64,000 nt of DNA from a virus (taxonomy: Duplodnaviria; Caudoviricetes). Location: the IMG/VR virus record IMGVR_UViG_3300021426_000067. One strand, 5' to 3'. Below are positions 52,250-64,000 of this stretch, piece after piece; within the stretch, counting starts at the first letter, position 1, and each line of letters begins with the position of its first letter. Under the pieces are notes generated by a model. That model did not search any database. It worked only from the letters and a program-made list of their open reading frames with translations, and had not been told where the DNA came from. The translations under genes were made by a program, and so were the position numbers.

Positions 52250-55200
52250 ATGGCACAAGCATCAGGCGAAATTAAATATACGATTGGATTTGATGTCCAA
52301 AAACAAAGTTTAAATGATTTAAAGGCTTCATTAGAAAGCATACGTAAAATGACGTATGGCGATTTTATGAAGATTAATAATTCAAGTATAAAAGAAGCCA
52401 GAAAAGATTTTGCTGAAGTTTAGAAAACTATTAAAGTTGTTGAAACAGCTATGGAAAGTGCATTTAATAAAAAATTAAATACAGTTAACATAGATGCTTT
52501 TAATAGTAAATTAAAACAGAATTAGTTGACTCTTTAGCAAGTATATACAACTTTTAGTAAAGCTGGTGCAAGAGGATAGGCTTCTTTTAGAAATTTAACA
52601 ACAAGTTTATTAAGTGTTAATACTGAATTAAGAAAATCACATGAATTTTTAGATAAAGTTGCAAATACATTTGCAAATACAATAAAGTGGACCATTTCAT
52701 CTTCTATTGTTAATAATTTCTCTCGTTCAATCCAAGAAGCATGGGGATATACAAAAGCATTAGATTCTTCTTTAAATGATATTAGAATTGTTACTGGTAA
52801 TTCAGCAAATGAAATGGCAAGATTTGCGGTTTAGGCTAATGAGACTGCAAAAGCTCTTGGTAAAACTACAACTGATTATACTAACGCGGCTTTAATCTAT
52901 GCTCAACAGGGTTTAAGTGATGAAGAAATTGCAAAAAGAACCGAAATAACTTTAAAGACTGCTAATGTTACTGGGCAATCTACGGATAAAGTATCTGAAG
53001 AATTAACTGCAGTTTGGAATGGTTATAAAGTAAATGCAGATGAAGCTGAAGTTTATGTAGATAGATTAGCGGCTGTTGCGGCAACAACCGCTTCTGACCT
53101 TCAAGAACTTAGTACTGCGATGAGTAAGGTCGCGAGCGCCGCAAATGCGATGGGTGTTAGTGAAGAACAGCTTGCCGCGCAATTATCAACTATTATTTCC
53201 GCTACTCGTCAAGCACCAGAATCAGTTGGTACTGCCTTAAGAACTGTTTATGCACGTATTTCAGATATACAGGCCGGAATTGATGAAGAAGGGGTTTCTC
53301 TTGGTAACTATTCTGGAAAGATGGCAGAATTAGGTTTCAACGTTCTTGATATGAATGGTAAACTTCGTGATATGGGCGAAGTTATGGAAGAAATTGGTAA
53401 TCGTTGGGGCGATTTAACTCGTGAACAACAAATTTCTCTTGCACAAACTATGGCTGGTCAAAGACAATATTCAAATTTAATTGCATTATTTGATAATTTT
53501 GAACAATATAATAAATCTTTGACTACAGCTCAAAATGCAGCTGGCACACTACAAGAACAACAAGATATATATATGGATAGTATGGCAGCGCATTTAAAGC
53601 AATTAAAAGCATCTACTGAAGGTATTTTTAATAGTTTATTTGATGAGTAGGCAACGGATGGAATAAAAGATTTAGTAGATGGATTGTCTGGTGTTGCTGA
53701 TTTAATAGCCCAAGTTACTCAAGGATTAGGCGGTGGAATTGGAGTTTTACAGACTTTAGGAACAGTTGCTCTTCAAGTTTTTCAAACTCAATTAGCGCGA
53801 GGTTTAGCAATTTCAATAGAAAATTTTCAAGCCGCAGAAAGAAATGCTTAGGCTTTAAAACAATCTATTCAAGCAGCAGCAGATATTTCAGCTTAGTTAG
53901 AAAAAAGACGTTCTGCAGATCCTTTTAATGCAAATTTAGATTATACTAAAGATATAGTTGATAAATATCAATTTTTCGGAGATAATTCTCGTTTATTGAC
54001 ACAAGAAGAATTTTCGCAAGCTCAACAACTTTTACAGAAGCAAGGAGATATTAGCGGAAAAATATTAATTAATGATGAGGATATTGAAGCAATTGAAAGA
54101 GCCAGAATAGCTGTTTATTAGTTAATGGAAAGTGAATAGCGTTTTAGTAGTAGTGATGAAGTAGAAAAACATCTTTAGAAGCAAAAAGTATCCCTTTTTG
54201 GAGTCCAAAAAGAATTAAAAAATTTTGCATCAACTTGGAAAGATTTTAGTAATGCTTTAGAACAAGGAAATACTAATGATATTAATACTTATTTTGGACA
54301 ATTACAAACAATATTAACTAACTTAAAGACAAAAGTTGGTGCGGGAGGAATTTTTCAAGATATTCCAGATGCAGCAAAAAAAGCTATATATGCAGCACAA
54401 CTTGAATTTAATAAAATTGATTTAAGTGGTTCTGCAGACAGTATTAAAGAACAAACTTTAGCAATTTTTGGAAATTTATCTGCAGGAGTAAAAACATCAA
54501 TAGCAGAAATTAATGCTGAAATGGAAGTTATTAAAGGCACAGATTAGGCAAAATATAAAGAATTACTTCAACGAAGACAAGAATTAGAAAAATTATTAGC
54601 AGACATTTAGAAAGATAGACAAGCTCTTGTAAATACTACTTAGAATAGAATTAACACAGAAAGTTTAGTCAAAACAGTTGGTGGAGTTGCAAGTTTAGCA
54701 AGAGGAATAGCTCAAACAGGTCAAATAGTAAAAACTTTTTTTAATGACAATTTGACAGCAGGAGAAAAATTTACACAAATAATTACTGGATTATCTTTTG
54801 CTATTCCAATGTTGACAAAGGGATTTCAACAAGCTAAAGAAGCGGCAGTTACATTTTTTGGAGTAAGTTAGGCGATGGCAGGACCTGTTATAATAGCCAT
54901 TACAGCGATAATAGCGGTTTTTACTGCAATCTCTGAATATCAAAAACAAATATATTAGAATGAAATTAAAGCCTATGATGCCGCTATTGAAACTAACAGA
55001 GCAATTCGATAGGAAGCTGAATCTTATGAAGGTTTATATGATGCATTAGAGAAATTAAATGAATAGCAACAAGATCATATTATGACAAGACATTAGTTAA
55101 GAACTAAAATTGAAGAATTAATTAATGAATATGGTCTTGAAGGAGAAGCTGCTGAAAAACTTCGTAAAAATTATACAGATTTAAAACAAGGTATCATTTA

Positions 55201-58200
55201 GGCTCGTCAGTAGGCAGCAAAAACAGAATTTAATGCTGCTCAAGAGGAATTTAATGCTGCTGGTGGTAAATTCAATAAAATGGCTGATCATTATACTGAT
55301 TCAAACTTATTTGAAGGTGGACATCAGAGAGTATTTACTGGAAGAATGTCTGAAAGTGGAGATAGAGATATAGCAGATAAACTTTCTCAAATTCAAGGGA
55401 TAGAATCAAGTATAGACGGAAGCGGAATTATATCTCTTGAACTTAAAATGAGTGATTCTGTTTATGAGCGTTTTAAACAAATTGAAGAGATAAAAACAAA
55501 AATAAATGAATTAGAAAGTGAAGCTACAACAAGTGAGGAAAAAACTGCTTTATATAACAGTCCTCTATATACTCAACTTAATGGTTTCTTAACTAAATTA
55601 TAGGAAGGAACAGCAGATTATAAAACTTCTTTAGAAGCTATATAGCAAGCTACTGTAAATACTGTATTAGTAAATATTCCTGATTTTATGAATAATTCTA
55701 TTTAGGGCGTAAATAATTATTTAATTAACAGAGCAGAAGCTATCAAACAAGTAGAATAGGAATTAAAATAGCAAGGAATAGAACAAGAGGGATTAGCAGC
55801 AGAATTAGTTGATAAACAGTTATCTTCTAAATTTGGAGAATTATATGCGGATTATGGTAAGGCTGGAAAATTTATTGATGAATTAACTGAAAAATTTGGA
55901 AAAGATACTGATAAAATTCAACAAGAATTAGATAAATTAAACCCAAATCAATTGGAATATTTAATTCAATTACTTGATTTAAATCCTTCTATTGGGAAGA
56001 CTTGGGAAGATATATTATCTCTTATTGATAAGGTTTCCAAAAAAGAAGTTTCTGATTTGGCGATTAATCCAGATAATTTATCGGCTTTTCAAGAAATGGC
56101 TTCTTAGAAATATAGTTCTTTACAATAGGTTGAAGATAAAGTTAAAAGTGGAAAAAATTTAACTAAAACTGAATTTCAAAATTTAGGTTCTTTAGCTCCT
56201 GATTTAACAGATTATTTTAAACAAGCAATAAATGGAACATATGAATTAAAAGAATCTGCTCAAGAATTTTATAATGCGATTGATAAAGAAAAAGTTGCTG
56301 ATTTTGGAACTGCTTTAAGTACTGCTTATGACCAAATTGATAAAATAAAAACTTTAAAAGCAACTGGGGTGGATTATGAAGATGTAATGCAAAAAAATTA
56401 TTAGTCAGTACAGTCTATCCCTGGAGGACCTGATCAGGCTATTGGAATTAATGATGAATTAGTTCAAAAGCAATTAGATTATTTATAGGCGGTTGATGCA
56501 ACCAATAAAGAATCTGTTGATATGTGGAGATAGCAAATTCAAGAAGGTAGAGCAACTAAGGAAACTTATGATGAAATTTATCAAGCATTAGAAAGAGTAA
56601 AAGATCTTGGTGACCTTAATGACGCTTTAGGGGAAAATGAGAAAACAGCCAGATAGTTAGAACAAGCTATTCATGATGCTATGTTTCCTCTTGATGAAGA
56701 TGTTGATTCAAAAGCACTTCAATCTTTAACTGATACAATTCAAGGAATGGCTGATTCTTCAGCTGAATTAGCAGATATTTTAGAAGAAGATAAACGAGCA
56801 GCTGAAGATGTGTCAGAGTCTATTTTAAGATTTGACGATGCTATTCAAAATGTCGTAGATAGTTATGATGATTGGATGGGAGCGTTAACAAGTGGTGCTG
56901 TGGGAGAGCAATCTGAAGCAATAGATGGATTACGAGATGCTTATGCTGATTTATTAGATATGGATGCTTCTGCTTTACCTGAAAGTTTTTTACAAAGTGC
57001 TGAAAATCTTTAGTTGATGAAAGCTGCTATTGATGGTAGTGAAGAGGCTTATAATCAACTTCTTGAAAATGCTGCTCAAGCTATTTTATTAGATGTAGGA
57101 TTAGATACTGATCAATTTTATAGTGACAGAGATAATATTCAAACTGCTATGGAGTATTTAACAGGACAGGAGTTTGATGATATCGAAGTTGGAGCTGAAT
57201 TAAATGATGCTAATTTTTTAGCTGGTTTAGAGAATATTGTTAATGCGTCTGGGATGACCGCTCAACAGGCAACAGACTATCTTGCTGCTATGGGCGTAGA
57301 TGCAGAAGTTATAGAAGATACCAGCCGAGTTAGAGACATCCATCAATATACCGGTGCGAAACCAACCATTGAAGATAATCCTTTCCTTGGTACTGATCCT
57401 GCAACTGGAGCGCCAATGACATATCATTTCCCTACAGTGACTTATGAAACCGTTCCTTCTTAGGGTGAAGATATAAAAGAAAATTCTGCTTTTGCCTTAA
57501 AAGTAACTGCTGCTCATAAATCTTCTGGTGGTGGTTTTAAATTTAGAAATGCTGCAAATGGTGGTGGTTCTAAAGGTCAACAACGTAGAGCTGGTTCCGG
57601 TAAAAAAGGCGGCGGAGGTAAGAAAGGTGGAGGCGGGAAAGGCAAATCCGCACAACCAGATACCTCTAAAAAAGATAAGAAAAAGGAGATGGAAGATTAG
57701 CGAGATATTTACCATGATATTAATATTGAATTAGAGCAAATTAATAGATAGCTTGAAAGAACATAGAAAGTTCAATAGAGATTGTATGGTAAAGATCTTA
57801 TTGATAATTTAAATAAACAAACCGCAATCTTAGAAGCTCATAAAAAGAAACTTAAAGAAAAACAAGAACTTCAAAAAGAAGATTTAAAGAATCAACAAAA
57901 AAATCTTAAAAATCTCGGCGTTATGTTTGATGAGTATGGTAATATTGCCAATTATATGAGTGTTCTTGGTAATAAACAACTTGAGATTAATGCCAGAACA
58001 AAAGATTATAATGCTTTAATTGAACAATATAATAAATCAACTAATAAAGATGCTAAAAAAGCTATTGCTGACCAAGCTGAAGCTATAAATAAAGAAATTA
58101 AAAAAGCGGAAGACGAATATAAAGACCTTGAAAAGAAAATTAAAAACTATGATAAACTTCGTGAAGATATGGAAGATTTAGTTGATGAGATTGAAGAAGA

Positions 58201-60721
58201 AACTCAAAAGCAAATTGAATTAAATATTAAGAAGTTTAGAATGGAACTTGAAATCAGATTAGATATGGGATAGGCTGAACGAGATTGGAATAAGTTCCGC
58301 AGAGAAGTCCTTGAAGGCACTGATGTTCTTAAAGGTACTGAATTTGAGAAGATTTTTAAGGACGCCGCAAAAGACGCTACAGATTTAAATTCTTATTTTG
58401 ATGTTCACGGAAGCAAAGGAACTATATAGACTCTTACTGATCAACTATTAGCTACAAAAGCGCAGATTGACGCTATTAATGCCACTGGTACATCTGATAT
58501 TTATGGTGACAATAAAGCGCAAGCTATGTAGGATTTACAGAATGATCTTAAAGAATTAATGGATCAAATGGAAGAAGTTGAAGAGTTAATTAATAATATT
58601 GATGAAGCATATCTTGACACTATTGATGATGTTCAAGACCAATTTGATAAACAAATTGAAGATTATGAATATATTAATGATTTAATTGAATCTAATATGG
58701 ATTTATTAGAAATTATGTATGGTGAAAAGAATTATAATGCTATGCAAAATTATTATGATATGTTACAAAGAAATAATATAAGACAACTTGATTCATTAAA
58801 ACAACAGAGACAATTCTGGAAAGAACAATGGGATGCGGCAGTTGCTCGTGGAGACACGAACGCCGCAGAGAAATTTAAAGAAAATTATAAGGAAACTATC
58901 AAAAATCTTAATTCTTTAATTCAAGAATCTGCAGAAACTTTACAAGATAAGTATGTTAATGCTATTGATAAAATATTTGATGAATTAGATAAGAAATTAT
59001 CTAATGGTCATGGAACTGATTATTTAAATACACAATGGTAGTTAATGAATAAAAATGCAGACGAATATCTTGATACTATTAATACCGCATTTGCTATTCA
59101 AGAGACTGAAGATAAATTTAGAAAAGCATTAGATGATACTAAGAGTATTAAAAATCAACAAGCCTTAAAGAAATTAATGAATGAACAACTTGATATTTTA
59201 AAGAATAAATAGAAAGTTACTCAATATGATATTGATAGGGCGGAGAAGCTGTTAGAAGTAGAAAGAGCCAGAATCGCACTTGAAGAAGCGCAATCCGCAA
59301 AAACTTCTTTAAGATTAAAGAGAGACTCTCAAGGTAATTATTCTTATGAGTATGCGGCAGATAGTGGTTCTGTAGATGATGCTCGTTCTAATTTAGCACA
59401 GGCTCAAAATGATTTATATAATTTCGATAAAGAGCGTTATCAATCTAATTTGAATGATATGCTTCAGGCTTGGAAAGATTTCCAAAATGATTATAAAGAT
59501 ATATTAACTGATACTGCTTTAACTGAACAAGAGAGAGTTGAAAGACTTGCTTTATTAAGAGACGAATATGGTCAATATATCAATGATAAAACTGAAGAAA
59601 ATCTTAATATTAGAAATAATTTAAGAGAGTCTGCATTTGCCGATATAGCTGCATTATATAATACAGATGTTGCTAATTATAATCAAATGTCTCAAGATGA
59701 GCAAAATATTCTTATGGGAGATTTGGTTCCAGCATGGCAAAGTGGTATTCAAGAGATGTCAGATGCGGTTGCTGGTGAAGGTGGATTTATCCCTACCTGT
59801 GAAGAAGCATTTGAAGATATTGAAGAACAGACTCGTTCTTACCAAGATTCATTACAAGAATTAGCGGATGCTGCAGGTATCAATCTTGAGGATATTAGAA
59901 ATGGTGTTTCTAATTTAATAGATGAATTTGAAGTATTAGTAGAAGAAAATGATGATATTCTTAATCGCATGAGAGATTAGATGTTTGCTATTGAATCTTT
60001 AAAAAATCAAGCACAACAACTTGTTGGAGAATATAATAATGTTTATCAAGCAGCTGCTAATGCGGTTATTCAATTACATAATTTCGTACAAGCTGAACAA
60101 GCTGCTGCCGCCGCATATCAAGCTACTGCCGCGTCATATGAAAATATGATTCGTAGGATGCAAGCTGCTAACGCCGCCTATGCGAGAAATCCATATGGAG
60201 GAGGCATCTCTGGAGATAGCAGTTCTGGCGGTGGAAGTAGTTCCGGTGGTGGAGGAGGAAACGGATCCGGAGGAAGTGGATCTGGAAGTTCATCAGGAAG
60301 AAGTAGTAATTCCGCTTCTGGAAATAGGGGCGGTTATGCTTATTATACAGGTAGCACAGGTAAGGTTACTTATACAGGGCATTATAGATATGCTTCTGGT
60401 GGATATACTGGAGACTGGGGGAGTGATGACCCCAAATTAGCTTGGGTTGATAGAAAAGAGTTAGTATTAAATAAAGATGATACTAAAAACTTCTTAGAAG
60501 GAACTTATATTCTAAGAGAAATTTCTGCTTCATTAGAAGGTTCTTTAAGTAATCGAATGAACAATATTGGTATTAGATCTGTTAATTCTAAGGATAAAGA
60601 TGAAATTCAACAAAATGTGCATATAGATGCTACATTCCCTAATGTAGATAGTAAACGTGAAATCGAAGAAGCACTTAGTGATTTAGTTAATCTTGCCGCA
60701 CAAAGAGTATTACATAGATAA
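52250..60721 (+). CDS. tail tape measure protein (~2,820 aa; about 44 in-frame TAG by manual count)
   Basis: all long + fragments from 53120 to 60721 share a frame; TP901-like core (LNDIRIVTG, YAQQG, ESVGTALRT, GKLRDMG, AGQRQ); C-terminal ASGGYTG...KELVLN. Confidence 0.88.
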
Positions 60722-60755
60722 AAGTAAGGGGTATTTTACCCCTTACTTCTTTTTT
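60722..60755 (+). terminator. rho-independent terminator
   Basis: AAGTAAGGGGTA-TACCCCTTACTT + T-run. Confidence 0.85.
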
Positions 60756-60766
60756 AAGGAGAAAAT

Positions 60767-60937
60767 ATGGATAAAGATGAATTATAGTTATTAAGACACA
60801 AGTGGTAGCATAGAGTATTAGAAATTGAGGATATGTTATAGCTTGTGGATAGTGGGAAAATAACTAAAGAAGATTTTTTTGATATAACCAGATACTCTTA
60901 TTAGGGTATTTATATAGCTAAAAAATTTGAGGATTAA
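60767..60937 (+). CDS. XkdX-like small protein (4 in-frame TAG in 56 aa)
   Basis: AGGAG RBS; L*LVDSGKITKEDFFDIT. Confidence 0.55.
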
Positions 60938-60938
60938 T

Positions 60939-60967
60939 TTGACTTTTGAAAAAAATTATGGTATAAT
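60939..60967 (+). promoter_or_regulatory. sigmaA-type promoter
   Basis: TTGACT-17-TATAAT with extended -10 TG. Confidence 0.7.
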
Positions 60968-61042
60968 ATCCATGAGGATAAGATAAAACATCTTGTCTAA
61001 AGGATTTTTATATCTAATTAAAAAGAGATATAAGGAGGAAAC

Positions 61043-64000
61043 ATGAGTATAAGTGAAAAAGTTTTAGATGCTATTTAGATATTAGCAGATAATTCTGTAA
61101 AAAAAGCAGATTACGATAGAACAATTCAAGCTCAGATACTTTCATGTGAAGATGCAACGATTGGTAAATATAGATGTCGTTATCAAGACGCAGTTTTCTA
61201 TGCTTATTCAAATAATACGGATATTACGTATAGTAATGGCGCATTGGTTTATATATTAGTGCCAGGTAATGATTTTAAGAAGGAAAAAACAATTCTTGGT
61301 ACAACTAAAAAATTAGGAATTAATTATATTACTCAGGCGGAAGGCGATTAGGCTTATGATATAATTGGAACTAATGGGATAGAAAATAGTCAAACTTTTT
61401 ATTTAGATACAAATTATGAATATGAGTATTCTATATATGAAGCAGAAGGCGAAAAAAGTATTGAATTAGATACCCAAGCCATAGAAAAATATATAAAAGA
61501 ATCTTCATCTATTATTGTCGGAGCTGCTATAAAAACTTCAATAAAAGCTGAAAGACAATTAAGAGGACATTATGGTATTGTTTATAATTTAAAATTTATA
61601 GATAATGCTACTGGAAAAGAAACTATTCGTTCATATACAATAGATGAAGATAATATGGTTGGAAATCCTTATAGATTATTATATCCTATTAGACAATACC
61701 AAATTTTTGACGTTGATGGTCCGAATTTTGTAAGAGTTGAATCTATTAAAATTTTTTGTAAGAGTTTCCCAGATAGTGTTCCTTTAGAAAATAACACTGA
61801 ACTTCATCCAGATATTGAAATTAGTCAGTTATAGTTAAATGGCGCTTGCCGCATGTCAGAAAGTTAGATTAATGGGATTGCAATTTCTTTTTATACTCCA
61901 CAAGGAACTTTCTTTCCACCGGGGACAAAAGGCGGCAATAAGCTGATCACCGCACAAGTTAGGGTAAAAGGAAAATTAGTTTCAGCAGATCAAAAGATTC
62001 CTTTCTATTGGGGAAAAGAAAATGTAGGAGTAACTCCAAGTAATCCTTATTATAATAAATACTTAGGACGTGGTTGGAAATGTATTAATAGTAAACAAGA
62101 ATTAGATAGTGAAACTTTTGAATGGATTTCTGGTAAAAATACATATGTTATTAATTTTGGAGAAGCTACCGCAAAAGATAACTGGTTAAAAGTTGCTATT
62201 GTATATGATGGTAATGTTATTAGTAAAAAAATTAATATTCAAAATTTAACAGATAAAATTTATCCAATAATTGAATCAAATGATGGAACTAAATTTTATT
62301 ATGATGTTGGACATCCAACTTTGACCGTAAAAATTATGTAGAAAAAAGACGGTGTAATAAAATAGATTGAAGATATAAGTCAATTTCAATATTATTGGGC
62401 ATATGAAGATAATACAGGGAATCTCGTTGAATTGCCTTAGATTTTTGGAACAGAAAGCCCTAATTATAAATATAATAAAGCTGTAAATGATTTAAATGAT
62501 TTAACCAATGATATTCAAAAAAATTATAATGCTGAAAATATTAGAGTATTAAATGAAACTCTTAAACAATATGATTTTATTCAAAGAGTTTAGGGGAATC
62601 AAATTCATGATGTTCAAATTAGAAACATAACTTCATTTGGTACTTTTAAATGCTCTGTTTTTTCAGGAGAATTATACATTGGAACCGCCCAAATTACTTT
62701 AACAAATACTTTAGATGGAGAAGGATTATATTCTCTTGTTATTAATAATGGTTCTGCGGTTTATCAATATAATGAAAATGGAGTCGCTCCTAATAATAAA
62801 ACTTTAGATAATCCTCAACAGATTCCTGCACTTACATTTACTGTATATGATAATCAAGGAAAACCGCTTGATTCAAATATGATTGTAAATGATAGTAAGT
62901 GTAAAGTTAGATGGAAAATTCCTTTAGGAAATGATACTTTATTAGTTGATAATATGCTTAAGACTCCTAATGATCCAAATCGTATTGAAACTGAATCATA
63001 TGTATATTATGATAAGGTCGAAACTTTATCTTATGGAATTGCTAATAAATATGATATTAAAAAGCAAAATAATCAGATTTAGCTTACTGTTGATTATAAA
63101 GGATTAAATTTAACAGCGAGAACTAACTTTACTTTTGCTAAACAAGGTGAACCAGGAACTAACGGTACTGAATATGTTGTTAAAATTGTTCCAAATACTA
63201 CAATGGATAATCCGCCATTATGGCCGATGATTACTAAGAAAGAAGGTGCCGGATATTAGATAAATTATGGTATAAATAGTTCTGCACCTATTTCTGAAAT
63301 AAATGAAGGTGTAGATAAAAAATTATTTAAAGCTCAACTTTGGCAAGATGGAGAAGAAATTTGGGAAGGTATTTCCAACGATGATGAATATAAAAATTTA
63401 AAAGTAGATCTTATTCATTGGGAAGTTTTAAAAAATATATATAATAAAAGTAATAATATTAATATAGAAGATTTTTCTGCTTTTCAGATACCTTCATAGG
63501 GGGATATTCAATTATCTCAATGGGAAGGAAATTTGAAAACACCTGAAGCTAATATTATTAAATGTAGTATTACTTATGGCGGACAAGGTAAAACTTACTA
63601 TGGGACTATTCCTATAATAACCGCGTGGGTTAAACAAGAAAAAAATGAAAAGAATGAATATAAAGAGAAATATAGAATTGGATTAAGAAATTTTACTGGT
63701 TTTAGACATGTGTTATATACTTCTGATGGCATAAATCCTCAATATGATAATTCTCATCCTTTTGAATTTTATTGTGAAGAATTAATTAAAAAAGAAGGTA
63801 CAGAAATTTAGACTTGGGAAGACGTTTCTAATGTTTAGGGTAGTCATCAAATAACTTATAAATTTTTTGCAATAGGAAATTATCAAAGTTATGATGAAAC
63901 ATATACTTCAACTAATGCAAACTTATTAACTATATTAGGAGAGGCTTACAGAAAAGGGCTAACTCCAAATCAATGCCCTGCTCGTCCAGCCGCAAAATAT
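61043..64000 (+). CDS. large tail/baseplate protein, runs off the window end (many in-frame TAG)
   Basis: AGGAGG RBS; single frame includes fragments 62879..63082 and 63533..63811; YDRTIQA, VYILVP, K.GEPGTNGT. Confidence 0.7.

Noticed and set aside
52250-60721. Random G->T sequencing or damage errors producing the stops
   Set aside because: GAA is far more common than GAG here, so such errors should give many TAA breaks; none were seen, and long genes such as dnaE are unaffected.
1-64000. Suppressor tRNA, aminoacyl-tRNA synthetase or release factor; CRISPR array; integrase; endolysin
   Set aside because: None recognised by eye in this window; they may lie elsewhere in the genome. tRNAscan-SE or ARAGORN is needed to confirm the absence of a tRNA.

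Overview
Segment of a large, AT-rich tailed dsDNA phage (siphovirus-like; the sigmaA-type promoters and AGGAG ribosome-binding sites suggest a Bacillota host). The + strand at 2.6-20.5 kb carries a putative late regulator, terminase, portal, prohead protease, capsid, neck and tail tube genes. The - strand at 20.5-51.7 kb carries a replication and nucleotide-metabolism block (dUTPase, NrdD/NrdG/glutaredoxin, DnaE, helicases, primase, RecJ-like, SSB-like, ThyX-like, ligase, GyrA/GyrB, RNase H) plus a holin. The + strand at 51.9-64 kb carries a ~2,800-aa tape measure protein and a large tail protein. The main signal is that many genes are broken by in-frame TAG codons, never TAA or TGA, and fuse into full-length proteins when TAG is read through. 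The amino-acid contexts (terminase Walker-B ME*C, SFNR*Y, PLYWWK*MDTY, HY*EGAKKYG, IN**NY) point to TAG = glutamate, not the glutamine usually reported for phage amber recoding. TAG use is uneven between genes, suggesting a translational gate. Also seen: a phage-specific GGNC-N9-TAA-N13-TTTT promoter-like motif and a structured ~160-nt RNA upstream of dnaE. No suppressor tRNA, release factor or endolysin was recognised in this window. Coordinates of fused genes assume TAG read-through, and family assignments come from motif recognition, not database searches.
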